From a virus, in IMG/VR virus record IMGVR_UViG_3300048917_000597, positions 1 to 52,977 of that record: 52,977 bases of DNA, one strand, 5' to 3'. The translations under genes were made by a program, and so were the position numbers. Below are positions 34,682 to 43,239 of this stretch, one piece after another. How positions within the stretch are numbered: position 1 is the first letter of the stretch; every line of letters begins with the position of its first letter. Below the pieces are notes generated by a model, which ran no database searches, had not been told where the DNA came from, and saw nothing but the letters and a program-made list of their open reading frames with translations.

Positions 34682-34702
34682 GAAAAACTTTTCGCGAATC
34701 CA
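34682..34702 (+). promoter_or_regulatory. Conserved intergenic motif GAAAAACTTTTCGCGAATCCA (copy 1)
   Basis: Nearly identical to 38932-38953 (GGAAAAACTTTCGCGACATCCA). It lies 44 nt upstream of the SSB start. A weaker relative occurs at 28096-28113. Confidence 0.55.
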
Positions 34703-34745
34703 GGCACGTAAGAAACCGAGACCCATCAAGTGAAAGGGGCCCACC

Positions 34746-35429
34746 GTGGCTCAGCCCAAGGAGAAGAACCCGAAGCTCGTGACGATCTACGGTCGTCTGA
34801 GCTTCCCGGTGTGGACCGCGCAGGCGGCCTACGACCGGAGCCAGAAGGGGAAGTACCCGGCAGCGGACGTCGCATCCGCGGCGCCGGACTTCAACCTGCT
34901 CGTCGAGCAGCCCCAGCTGGACAAGCTGACGAACCACATCAGCAGCGTGTTCCTGCCCTACTGCGTGGAGCAGGAGAAGGCGGGCGAGAAGCGCGACGCG
35001 CTGTCGGCCAAGGAGGCGAAGGACCTCGAGTCCCAGCTGAACGAGGCTGACTTCAGCGGGGTGTACAACATCCCGGTGAAGCCGGTGCCCGAGAAGACGG
35101 TGCCGCTGGCGCCAGAGGCCGTGGCTTCGGTCAAGGTCATCGGCAACAAGGGCGTCGACATCGAGCTGAAGGCGATCGTCAACGGCGAGGACGAGCTCCT
35201 CGTGCCGGACCCGGACCAGCTCACCTGGCCCGTGCTCAAGCCCATCGGGCAGACCGTGCACCAGATGTACGCGGGCTGCTACGTGGCGGTGACGATCAAC
35301 CTGTACGCCTACCACAACGGCAAGCTGCCCGGCTTCAGTGCCGGCGGCGCGGTTGCCGTGTTCAAGGCTGACGGTGACCGCATCGGCGGCGGCGTCAGCA
35401 TCGACGAGGACGAGATCTTCCTCGACTGA
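34746..35429 (+). CDS. Single-stranded DNA-binding protein, T7 gp2.5-like / DUF2815-like
   Basis: GTG 34746 lies 6 nt after GAAAGGGG. The N-terminal VTIYGRLSFPVW and the acidic C-terminal tail ending SIDEDEIFLD (acidic run plus aromatic residue) match the recalled gp2.5-type SSB architecture. Confidence 0.6.
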   Translation: MAQPKEKNPKLVTIYGRLSFPVWTAQAAYDRSQKGKYPAADVASAAPDFNLLVEQPQLDKLTNHISSVFLPYCVEQEKAGEKRDALSAKEAKDLESQLNEADFSGVYNIPVKPVPEKTVPLAPEAVASVKVIGNKGVDIELKAIVNGEDELLVPDPDQLTWPVLKPIGQTVHQMYAGCYVAVTINLYAYHNGKLPGFSAGGAVAVFKADGDRIGGGVSIDEDEIFLD

Positions 35430-35480
35430 GTCGGCCAGCGCTCCTCAGCCTTCGGGCTGATACAAGTCTGGCGCTCAACC

Positions 35481-35521
35481 GGTGGCCCCACCTCGGACTG
35501 CGTCCCCGGGGTGGGGCCACC
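35481..35521 (+). terminator. GC-rich intergenic hairpin (12-bp stem, 17-nt loop)
   Basis: GGTGGCCCCACC...GGTGGGGCCACC. It is preceded by TCAGCC-ttcg-GGCTGA at 35448-35463. Confidence 0.4.
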
Positions 35522-35549
35522 TTCATCCACCAACGTGAGGAAGAGACAG

Positions 35550-36263
35550 ATGCCTGAACGGTTCAGCGCCAGCGTTGCTGGCCGGCACATGGCGTGCCAC
35601 GCAAGCGCCAACCTGGAGCTGGCGATCCCGAACTACGTGCCGCCGGTCGAGGACCGGACGGTGGACAACGCGGCCAACCGCGGCACCAACATGCACGAGA
35701 TCCTGGCGAAAGCCGGTGAGCTCAGCACCCGTGACATGAACATGCTCGTCGAGGCGATGGCGTACGTCGCCATCCTGCGACGGGACCGCAGGTTCAAGGT
35801 GCTCAACGAGGTGAGCATGGTCGCCGACTGGCTGGCCACCAAGCCTCAGACCACGGCTGACGTGGTGCTCTACACGCAGGACGAGATCCACTTGATCGAC
35901 TACAAGACCGGGAAGATTCCGGTCGAGGTCAAGGAGAACGAGCAGCTGATGTACGGCGCCGTGACCTACGGTCACCTGGCACCGAAGGCCAAGGGCGTGA
36001 TGCTGCACATCGTGCAGCCGTGGGCCGACAACTGTGAGTCGTGGTTCGCGGACGCGACCAGGCTCAAGGTGTTCATGGACGACGCTCTCGCAGCAGAGGC
36101 TGCGATCGCAGCGGGTGATACGACCTTCGGGCCGAGTGACCACTGCAAGTTCTGCCCGGCCAACCCGCACAGCCGTGGGCTGAAGGGCAGGCCGTTGTGC
36201 CCAGCACTGATGGGCATGCTCTATCCGGACAAGACCGACGAAGCTGAGATCTTCAGCCTGTGA
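35550..36263 (+). CDS. PD-(D/E)XK nuclease, Cas4/RecB-like with probable Fe-S cluster
   Basis: ATG 35550 follows GAGGAAGAG. Motifs are ..DVVLYTQDEIHLIDYKTGK.. (D..D/ExK), QLMYGAV (QhxxY), a Cys in the N-terminal MACHAS, and the C-terminal CKFCPANPHSRGLKGRPLCP. Confidence 0.7.
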   Translation: MPERFSASVAGRHMACHASANLELAIPNYVPPVEDRTVDNAANRGTNMHEILAKAGELSTRDMNMLVEAMAYVAILRRDRRFKVLNEVSMVADWLATKPQTTADVVLYTQDEIHLIDYKTGKIPVEVKENEQLMYGAVTYGHLAPKAKGVMLHIVQPWADNCESWFADATRLKVFMDDALAAEAAIAAGDTTFGPSDHCKFCPANPHSRGLKGRPLCPALMGMLYPDKTDEAEIFSL

Positions 36264-36273
36264 AGGAGATGCA

Positions 36274-38385
36274 ATGCCGAACATGATCGGTCTTGACTTC
36301 GAGACCTACGGCGCGGTGAACCTGCCGCGGCACGGGCTCGCTCGCTACGTGAGCGACCCGTCGTTTCAAGCGCTGATCGGTAGCGTGAAGTTCCGCAACC
36401 AGCACGGGTTGCTGGACGGTGAACGGTTCAACTTCGTGCACTACAAAGACCAGCACACCGAGCTGCTGCAGAGGTACATCGGTGACAAGGTGATCGTGGC
36501 GCACAACGCCGGCTTCGAGCAGGCGGTGCTGCACTGGCTCGGGTTGGACTACCCGAGCTCGAGGTTCATCGACTCTGCAGTCGTGGCTCGTGGCGCGGGC
36601 TTCGGCAGCGGGCTCGAGGCTGCTGCTCCGCAGATCCTCGGCATGGACAAGATGGCTGCGGGCAAGGACCTGATCAAGTTGTTCTCGATCCCGGGTCCGT
36701 ACCAGGTGGCAAGCGGGTGCACCGACTTCGACCCGCAGATCATCGAGGATCATCCAGCAGAGTGGGCTCAGTTCGCTAACTACTGCGAGCTGGATGCGGA
36801 CCAGGGTCTGCTGATTGCCGAGGATCGGCTGTCGTTCCTGGGCCCGCAGGAGATGGCTTACCAGGCAGTGACGATGGACATGAACCGGCAGGGCTGGGTC
36901 GTGGACATCGAGAAGGTCGAGGAGATGCAGCGCCGCTACCACGAGAACATGGATGCGGCGCTGGCCAAGTTCCACCTGACCTGGCTTGGGCCTGGCGAGG
37001 AGCTCAACCTCAACAGCCTGAAGCAGATGAAGGAGTGGTGTGCCGAGCGGGGTGTGAAGTGCACGAGCTTCGACGAGAAGCACGTGGCCAAGTACCTGCG
37101 CCTGGTGGACCAGAAGCTGTTCGACGTGACTCTGTCGGAGGACCAGCGCATCGCCTACCTGGGTGTGTACGACCTGCTCGAGACCAAGCAGATCCTGGGT
37201 GGCAGCAGCTTGAAGAAGCTGCAGGTCATCCTCGACACGGTGGTCGAAGAGGATGGCGTGTACCGGTTGAAGGACCAGTACGTCCACGTGGGTGCTGGCC
37301 AGTCGGCACGCACCACGGGCCGGTCGGTTCAGATGCAGAACCTGAAGCGGCTGGCTCAGCCTGCTGACATGGACGAGCTCGACGATCTCGAGAGCGAGTG
37401 GAGCAACGGCAAGCTGGCGGAGAACATGCGCCAGGTCTTCACGGCCAGCGAGGTGACCGGCGAGTTGATCGTCGGTGACTTCAAGTCCGTGGAGTCCCGT
37501 GGCCTGGGCTGGCTGGCGAGCGAGACCTACAAGCTCGCGGCCTACGAGCGTGGCCAGGATCTGTACAAGGTGCTGGCGTCCACGATCTACAGCGTGGACT
37601 ACGACGACGTGACCAAGGAACAGCGGCAGACCGGCAAGGTCGGTGAGCTGAGCTGTGGTTACGGCGCCGGCGCTGGTGCGGTGGTGTCGTTCGCCGAGGG
37701 CATGGGTGTGAAGATGACCGAGGCCGAGGCAGCGAAGCTGGTGGCGGACTGGCGGTACGCCAACCCGAAGATCGTGGAGCTGTGGGACTGGCTCAACGAT
37801 GCGCTGCACCGATGCATCAGCAGCGGTGGGGTGCCGGAGACGCTCCTCGTTCGTGACGGCTACAAGGTCGTGATCGAGGGCTCGCCTACGCCTGCGTCGT
37901 TGGGCAAGCAGCACCCTGGTTCGATGTCCATCCGGTTGAGCATGATCGACAAGAACAACCGCGCGCTCCTCAAGCGGTACTTCCACGGGTGCTACCGCCG
38001 TGGCGGGAACATCGGCTACTACAAGCCGAGCGACCGCAAGACCGGGGATCTGTGGAAGAACCACTTCACGGATCCGAAGACCAAGCAGCTCAGGTTCTAC
38101 GAGCTGTACGGCGGCAAGCTGGCCGGCATCCTGACGCAGTCGTTGTGCCGGGAGATCTTCATGCGAGTGCTGCTGCAGACGCAGCATGCCTTCGCCGGCC
38201 GCTCGGAGGTCAACCTCGTCGGTCAGTTCCACGACGAGATCGTGCTGGACTGGAAGCCCAGCACGCTGGGCTCCGGGTTGAGCAACACGATGGCCCGGCT
38301 CGACGAGCTGATGTCGGACCGCGGCGATATGGTCAGCTTCCCGCTGGAGGCTGACATCAAGCACGACTACCGCTACACGAAGTGA
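36274..38385 (+). CDS. DNA polymerase, family A (Pol I-like) with 3'-5' exonuclease domain
   Basis: ATG 36274 follows GAAGGAG. Exo I IGLDFETYG, Exo II VAHNAGFEQAVL, Exo III YCELDAD. Pol motif A IVGDFKSVESR, motif B RQTGKVGELSCGYGAG, motif C GQFHDEIVLD. Confidence 0.9.
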   Translation: MPNMIGLDFETYGAVNLPRHGLARYVSDPSFQALIGSVKFRNQHGLLDGERFNFVHYKDQHTELLQRYIGDKVIVAHNAGFEQAVLHWLGLDYPSSRFIDSAVVARGAGFGSGLEAAAPQILGMDKMAAGKDLIKLFSIPGPYQVASGCTDFDPQIIEDHPAEWAQFANYCELDADQGLLIAEDRLSFLGPQEMAYQAVTMDMNRQGWVVDIEKVEEMQRRYHENMDAALAKFHLTWLGPGEELNLNSLKQMKEWCAERGVKCTSFDEKHVAKYLRLVDQKLFDVTLSEDQRIAYLGVYDLLETKQILGGSSLKKLQVILDTVVEEDGVYRLKDQYVHVGAGQSARTTGRSVQMQNLKRLAQPADMDELDDLESEWSNGKLAENMRQVFTASEVTGELIVGDFKSVESRGLGWLASETYKLAAYERGQDLYKVLASTIYSVDYDDVTKEQRQTGKVGELSCGYGAGAGAVVSFAEGMGVKMTEAEAAKLVADWRYANPKIVELWDWLNDALHRCISSGGVPETLLVRDGYKVVIEGSPTPASLGKQHPGSMSIRLSMIDKNNRALLKRYFHGCYRRGGNIGYYKPSDRKTGDLWKNHFTDPKTKQLRFYELYGGKLAGILTQSLCREIFMRVLLQTQHAFAGRSEVNLVGQFHDEIVLDWKPSTLGSGLSNTMARLDELMSDRGDMVSFPLEADIKHDYRYTK

Positions 38386-38388
38386 GAG

Positions 38389-38423
38389 GAGCCGGGCCCG
38401 TCACGGGGTAACGGGCCCGGCTC
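38389..38423 (+). terminator. GC-rich intergenic hairpin (13-bp stem)
   Basis: GAGCCGGGCCCGT-cacggggta-ACGGGCCCGGCTC, immediately after the polymerase stop. There is no U-tract. Confidence 0.5.
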
Positions 38424-38449
38424 TGATCTCCCACCAAGGAAGGAACACC

Positions 38450-38929
38450 ATGCAGGATACACAGGTGGTCGGGATCGACCCCGGATTGGTGCACACCGGG
38501 CTGGTGTCGATGACGTTCCAGCCGGCACTGCGTGAGATTCATCTGATGGACCGAGTCATCCTCGGGCCCGATGGTCCGGCAACCCAGGCAGCGATCCCGC
38601 TGAGTGGGCTGCAGCCCCACAAGTTCATCGAGGGCTACCGCCCGAGGTCGAACTTCCAGGGCGACAACCGCATGGTCAAGGCGGTTGATCACATCAAGGT
38701 GGCGACGCACGGGACCGTGCTGCTCAACACCGGTGTGAAGAAGGTGGTGCGGCAGCCCTTGATGGAGCTGCTGGGCGTGTGGCGATTCGCCACGAAGACA
38801 CACCACGACGACCTACGATCGGCTGCACGCATCGCGATCTTCGGGATGCTGAAGGACGAGCAGCTCAACAGCCTGGTGGCCCAGGTGGTCAGCGACCACC
38901 TCGAGGGCAACACCTGGGCTGTGCACTGA
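38450..38929 (+). CDS. RuvC-like Holliday junction resolvase
   Basis: The N-terminal VVGIDPGLVHTGLVSM is a RuvC-type first catalytic Asp motif. The C-terminal THHDDLRSAARIAIFG is D..DA-like. Confidence 0.7.
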   Translation: MQDTQVVGIDPGLVHTGLVSMTFQPALREIHLMDRVILGPDGPATQAAIPLSGLQPHKFIEGYRPRSNFQGDNRMVKAVDHIKVATHGTVLLNTGVKKVVRQPLMELLGVWRFATKTHHDDLRSAARIAIFGMLKDEQLNSLVAQVVSDHLEGNTWAVH

Positions 38930-38931
38930 CA

Positions 38932-38953
38932 GGAAAAACTTTCGCGACATCCA
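38932..38953 (+). promoter_or_regulatory. Conserved intergenic motif GGAAAAACTTTCGCGACATCCA (copy 2)
   Basis: Matches 34682-34702 apart from one deleted T and one inserted C. It starts 3 nt after the RuvC stop, 18 nt before ATG 38971. Confidence 0.55.
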
Positions 38954-38970
38954 CCAAGGAAGCAGGAGCT

Positions 38971-39282
38971 ATGGCAGAGCACAGAGATGGGACCGTCGGT
39001 GAGGTCATCGACGGGAGGCGCGGTGTCTACGGTGAACCGACCAACACCTTCCCGCGGATCGCGGAGGTGTGGTCCGGGATCATCGGCCACCACGTCAACG
39101 CGGTCGACGTACCGCTCATGCTGATGGGACTGAAGATCGTGCGCACCCAGGTGTGCCCGGACTACAGCGACAACAGCGACGACATCGAGGGGTTCCTCGA
39201 CATCTTCCGTGAGCTCGTGGGTGAGGACATGGTCCACGCCCGCCTGGTCTCGGAGTATCTCGAGATCAAGGCGGCCCGCTGA
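38971..39282 (+). CDS. Hypothetical protein (103 aa), DUF6378-like pattern
   Basis: ATG 38971 follows AGCAGGAG. RRGVYGEPTNTFPRIAEVWSGI...DVPLMLMGLKIVR...PDYSDNSDDIEGF resembles a recalled conserved phage family pattern. The track ORF start (38779) overlaps the RuvC gene. Confidence 0.6.
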   Translation: MAEHRDGTVGEVIDGRRGVYGEPTNTFPRIAEVWSGIIGHHVNAVDVPLMLMGLKIVRTQVCPDYSDNSDDIEGFLDIFRELVGEDMVHARLVSEYLEIKAAR

Positions 39283-39575
39283 TGAACGAGAGGGCGGAGC
39301 ACTGGTACACCGCCGAGTTCCTCGAGGAAGTACTGCGTGATCGACTGCTGTTTGCCGAAGACCGGCAGCGGATGTTCCACCGTCGGGCAACCGACGAGTA
39401 CTGCATCCCGCGTGACGTGGTGAAGAGGCTGGGTCTGCCTGTGGGCAGGGTCGAGCCGTACCACACGGACTCGCCTGAGGGACAGCGGCTCATCTCGCGA
39501 ACGCTGAAGAAGCCCAACGACCGTGGCGTCGTCACGTACCTGGCGGGCGTTGCTCGTCAGGCGGTGCCGGCATGA
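39282..39575 (+). CDS. Hypothetical protein (97 aa)
   Basis: TGATG junction, consistent codon bias, no motif. Confidence 0.6.
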   Translation: MNERAEHWYTAEFLEEVLRDRLLFAEDRQRMFHRRATDEYCIPRDVVKRLGLPVGRVEPYHTDSPEGQRLISRTLKKPNDRGVVTYLAGVARQAVPA

Positions 39576-39775
39576 GTGGCAGCCACGAGTCGATCAAGCT
39601 GAAGCGTCGACTCGAGAAGGCCGGCTTCACCGTGGAGCGCACGGGCGGCGGGAACTGGAAGGCGAGCAAGCCGGGTCGTACCGGCTTCGTCATCTTCGGG
39701 TTCACCGACTCCGGGCACAACACGTGGGCCAAGACCATCAAGCGCCTGCGGGCGCTCGGATACAAGGGGGACTGA
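39572..39775 (+). CDS. Small basic protein, HicA-like fold suspected (67 aa)
   Basis: ATGA overlap. LKRRLEKAGFTVERTGGGNWKASKP resembles the recalled HicA/YcfA pattern (L...Gf.......gsH....). No partner antitoxin gene is evident. Confidence 0.35.
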   Translation: MSGSHESIKLKRRLEKAGFTVERTGGGNWKASKPGRTGFVIFGFTDSGHNTWAKTIKRLRALGYKGD

Positions 39776-39776
39776 G

Positions 39777-39866
39777 ATGCACAAGTGCTACCTGTGTGGC
39801 TACCGGTTCGAGGACCGGCAGAGTCTCCTCGCTCACGAGGAGGCGTGCGATGGAGACGGTGCGTGA
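39777..39866 (+). CDS. C2HC zinc-finger mini-protein (29 aa)
   Basis: Below the ORF-track cut-off. The sequence is MHKCYLCGYRFEDRQSLLAHEEACDGDGA (CxxC-x12-H-x4-C). It starts 1 nt after the upstream stop. Confidence 0.4.
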   Translation: MHKCYLCGYRFEDRQSLLAHEEACDGDGA

Positions 39867-40155
39867 GCCGGCGTGGCTCGTGGCCATGGCGGATCAGCGC
39901 CTGGCTCTCATGGCGGAGAAGGTCTCGGCTTCGTCGCTGAAGCTCTACGGTCCGGAGATCATCATGACTCCGCTGACCGAGCCTGCGGAGAACGCGAGCA
40001 ACATGGAGCGCACCCGGTGGGAGCGGTCGTGCGACAACTGCGGCCGCTACTGCAAGAAGGGCACGTTCATCACCGGGCACGTGATGCGTCAGCTCCACGG
40101 CCACGCCGTGCTGATGACGTTCGGCATGTGCCCCGAGTGCAAGGAGCTGATATGA
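39850..40155 (+). CDS. Zinc-ribbon protein (about 101 aa)
   Basis: ATG 39850 (alternative 39886). Contains CDNCGRYC...CPEC. The upstream part of the track ORF (from 39523) overlaps other genes. Confidence 0.55.
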   Translation: METVREPAWLVAMADQRLALMAEKVSASSLKLYGPEIIMTPLTEPAENASNMERTRWERSCDNCGRYCKKGTFITGHVMRQLHGHAVLMTFGMCPECKELI

Positions 40156-40376
40156 GCAGGCACACCGCCGAGAAAGAAGCACCCGGCAAGGTCGTCCTGT
40201 GGTGGCGGCGCTTCTGGGATCGACACGACGACGGAACCAAGCACCACTGGTCGAAGATCGAGCAGACCGTCAACGCTCACTGGTGCGAGTGGGACTACTG
40301 CCGGTGCTTCTGGCAGCGGTGCGGCGTCTGCGGTGAGCGGCGTATCTACAGCGCCGGGTCCGAGGAAGTCCGATGA
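40152..40376 (+). CDS. Cys/Trp/His-rich small protein (74 aa)
   Basis: ATGA overlap. HWCEWDYCRCFWQRCGVCGERR suggests metal binding. Confidence 0.55.
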   Translation: MSRHTAEKEAPGKVVLWWRRFWDRHDDGTKHHWSKIEQTVNAHWCEWDYCRCFWQRCGVCGERRIYSAGSEEVR

Positions 40377-40422
40377 CCACCCGCGTCATTCCGCCCGGTT
40401 TGACTGACACTGAGGAGCTGCC

Positions 40423-41610
40423 ATGAACGAGCTCCTCAACACGTTGCAGGCCAGGGCTGGTGTCAGGTTCTTCGACTACCAGCTCGAGGCGCTGGCTCGT
40501 GCTGCACAGCAGACGGGTGATCTACGGCGCTGCCTGTTCTACAAGACCGGCGCCGGCAAGAGCCTGACCGGGCTGAGCATGATGGCCCAGTGGGGGGTGA
40601 ACGACGTCGTGGTGATCACGCCGCCGTCCACGTTCGAGCAGTGGGTGGTGCTGGGTCTGCGGCTCGGTGTCAAGGTGACGCCGATGTCGCATGCCAAGTA
40701 CCGCATGAAGGACACGCGGCTCAGCCGCAGCCAGGCTGTGATCGTCGACGAGTTCCATCTGCTCGGCGGTCACGGCAAGCAGGGCTGGAAGAAGCTGGAC
40801 ACCATGGCACGGCACCTGAAGGCACCGCTCCTGGTGATGTCGGCGACGCCGAACTACAACGACGCGGAGCGGGTGTACTGCATCCAGCACGTGATCGCGC
40901 CGCACACGGCGAAGGGCGGCTACCTCGAGTTCCTCTACAAGCACTGCGAGACAGAGGCCAGCGCCTTCGGCGTGGAGCCGATCGTGCTGGGCTTCAGGCA
41001 GTACCCGGACGCCGCGGCGTACCTCGCTGCGCTGGACAACGTGGACTACCTGCCCGACGACTTGGTCTATCAGATCAAGGACATCGACATTCCGGTGGTG
41101 AACCCGCCGGAGTTCAGCAGGTACGGGCTCAACCGGAGGACCGGTCGCATCATCGCTTCTCAGATCGAGGAGCGGCACGCGATCGTCAACCTGTCGTTGA
41201 TCGGTGACGACGGCTACATCCGGCAGGACGTGTACGACCTGCTGGCTCAGCTGATCGGTGAGGCAACGACACCAGTCCTGGTGTTCGCTGCACACTCGAC
41301 GGTGGCTGACGCCCTGGACAAGATGCTCGCGTTCATGGGTGTGAAGTCAGCAACGGTGACCGGCAGCACGCCGGCCAAGAAGAAGCAGGCACGCATCGAA
41401 GCCTTCAAGGATGGAGTGCTCGACGTGCTCGTTGGTACAGCAACGCTGGCCACCGGCACGGACGGGCTCGACAAGATGTGTGACTACCTACTGATCCTCG
41501 ATGACACCGACGACGCAAGCCTGCGCCGTCAGCTCATCGGTCGCATCATGCCGCGCGGTGAAGACACCGACGCCAGCGGCAAGCATGTGTTCCGCCTTCT
41601 GCTCACGTGA
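40423..41610 (+). CDS. Superfamily 2 helicase (DEAD/DEAH-box-like)
   Basis: Motif I FYKTGAGKSLTG, motif II VIVDEFHLLG, motif III VMSATPN. The C-terminal domain has VGTATLATGTDG. Confidence 0.8.
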   Translation: MNELLNTLQARAGVRFFDYQLEALARAAQQTGDLRRCLFYKTGAGKSLTGLSMMAQWGVNDVVVITPPSTFEQWVVLGLRLGVKVTPMSHAKYRMKDTRLSRSQAVIVDEFHLLGGHGKQGWKKLDTMARHLKAPLLVMSATPNYNDAERVYCIQHVIAPHTAKGGYLEFLYKHCETEASAFGVEPIVLGFRQYPDAAAYLAALDNVDYLPDDLVYQIKDIDIPVVNPPEFSRYGLNRRTGRIIASQIEERHAIVNLSLIGDDGYIRQDVYDLLAQLIGEATTPVLVFAAHSTVADALDKMLAFMGVKSATVTGSTPAKKKQARIEAFKDGVLDVLVGTATLATGTDGLDKMCDYLLILDDTDDASLRRQLIGRIMPRGEDTDASGKHVFRLLLT

Positions 41611-41618
41611 CCTGGGGG

Positions 41619-41639
41619 GATCGGGTGCAACACCCGATC
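41619..41639 (+). terminator. Intergenic hairpin, 9-bp stem with 3-nt loop
   Basis: GATCGGGTG-caa-CACCCGATC, 9 nt after the helicase stop. There is no U-tract. Confidence 0.4.
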
Positions 41640-41657
41640 ACGAGAGAAGGAGGACCG

Positions 41658-41783
41658 ATGGCTGACGCTATCGAGGGACGCATCGAGCGACTGCTGGATC
41701 AGCTAGAACGACCGGACCTGAACGACTCGGAGATCGAGCAGATCAAGGAGAAGATCAGGTTCTTGCGGGAGCAGCAGTCGTGA
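41658..41783 (+). CDS. Helical mini-protein (41 aa)
   Basis: Below the track cut-off. There is a strong RBS GAAGGAGG 6 nt upstream. The sequence is MADAIEGRIERLLDQLERPDLNDSEIEQIKEKIRFLREQQS. Confidence 0.55.
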   Translation: MADAIEGRIERLLDQLERPDLNDSEIEQIKEKIRFLREQQS

Positions 41784-41793
41784 CCAACGTGGG

Positions 41794-41822
41794 GGCGGTG
41801 CCGGTTATTAGCCGGCGCCGCC
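41794..41822 (+). terminator. GC-rich intergenic hairpin (11-bp stem with one G-U pair)
   Basis: GGCGGTGCCGG-ttattag-CCGGCGCCGCC. Confidence 0.4.
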
Positions 41823-41847
41823 TCCACCCACCAAGGAAGAGGAGCTC

Positions 41848-43239
41848 ATGCTTGAGCTGAAGACCAAGAAGGAGCTGGCCACCGAAGCCTTCAAGCTGGG
41901 GCAAGGGCACCAGCTCGTGCGGTATCGCAGCGTGACCTACATCCCTGCGGACTTCGAGACCAGAGACGCATCCGTGACACCGGACGCCGACCGTACGATC
42001 TGGCTGCCGCTCACGCGGAAGCAGATCCAGCGGCTGGCGGCTGATCAGTTCAACACGCTCTTCGGCAGTGACGGGGAGCTGAGTGCGTTCGACTTCATGG
42101 TGGCGCAGACAGCCACCAACATCGACACCGACATCACCTCGCTGCTCGTGCGCACCGAGCAAGGGCTGATGGAGCTGGACGACACCGGCACGCTGGTGCC
42201 GAACAGCGGGGAGTTCAGACCCAACACTCTGGTGCCGATGCTCAACCCGGACCCGGTCGAGAAGGACCGGGTCTTTGCTGTGATCAGCGGCTGGCTCGAC
42301 TCCGACGAGGAGGCCGAGTCGTTGCTGGCTCACCTGGCCTCGGCGCTGGCGCCTGGCTGGTCGGCAGTGAAGTACGTGCTGCTGCTGGGTGAGGGGCGCA
42401 ACGGCAAGAGCCTGCTGCTGAAGATGCTGCACGGTGTGTTCGGCGCCCACAACGTGAGCGACGTGACCCGGCAGGACATCAGCGAGGGCAGCGCCGTGGT
42501 GACCGAGCTCAATGGCAAGCTGCTGAACATCGTCTTCGACGGGCAGGCCGTGTACCTGAAGGACAGTGGCCGGGAGAAGTCGCTGATCGCTGGCGAGCCG
42601 GCGCCCATCCGTCGTCTCTACGAGTCGACGGCGACGACGGTGCAGACCAACGCACTGTTCATCGAGGGTCTGCAGCGGGAGCCGAAGACCAGCGACAAGT
42701 CGACCGCCTTGCAGAAGCGGTTGGTGAGGTTCCAGTTCCCGAACGTCTACGCGCTGAGCCACAAGTTCGAGCGCGAGATGCTGACCGAGGCCAGCCTCGG
42801 TGCGTTCCTGTCCCTGCTTGTCGACAGGTACGTGCTCGAGGATCACGTGGCCGAGAGGCTGGCGCCGACACACAAGGCGATCGAGCTTCAGCTGGAGCAG
42901 ATGTTCGTCAACAGCATGGGTCTGCAGTTCATCAAGTTCAGCGAGGAGACCGAGCCCATGGGTGTGGGCGCGTACCTCGGCAAGCCAGTGGGCGAGCTCG
43001 TCAAGGCGTTCCAGTCCTGGCGGCTGAAGGAGATGGACATGAGCAACTGGGCGGAGCCGGATGTGCTGGCGCTGTTCGGTCCGCTGATCAACACCGACCG
43101 GAAGTCCGAGAGGGCGGCCGGCAAGGTGCGCAAGGTTCGCGTCGTGACCTCGTTCAAGCAAGAGGCCACGGCTTTCATCGACACACTGAAGGGAGATCCA
43201 GATGACGCCGAGCTCCTCGCTGCCTTGGTGGAGGACTGA
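41848..43239 (+). CDS. D5/P4-family primase-helicase (SF3 NTPase)
   Basis: ATG follows AAGGAAGAGGAG. Walker A LLLGEGRNGKSLLLKML, then LNIVFDG, then ..ALQKRLVRFQFPN.. as in the recalled phage/plasmid primase P4-family C-terminal domain. Confidence 0.75.
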   Translation: MLELKTKKELATEAFKLGQGHQLVRYRSVTYIPADFETRDASVTPDADRTIWLPLTRKQIQRLAADQFNTLFGSDGELSAFDFMVAQTATNIDTDITSLLVRTEQGLMELDDTGTLVPNSGEFRPNTLVPMLNPDPVEKDRVFAVISGWLDSDEEAESLLAHLASALAPGWSAVKYVLLLGEGRNGKSLLLKMLHGVFGAHNVSDVTRQDISEGSAVVTELNGKLLNIVFDGQAVYLKDSGREKSLIAGEPAPIRRLYESTATTVQTNALFIEGLQREPKTSDKSTALQKRLVRFQFPNVYALSHKFEREMLTEASLGAFLSLLVDRYVLEDHVAERLAPTHKAIELQLEQMFVNSMGLQFIKFSEETEPMGVGAYLGKPVGELVKAFQSWRLKEMDMSNWAEPDVLALFGPLINTDRKSERAAGKVRKVRVVTSFKQEATAFIDTLKGDPDDAELLAALVED

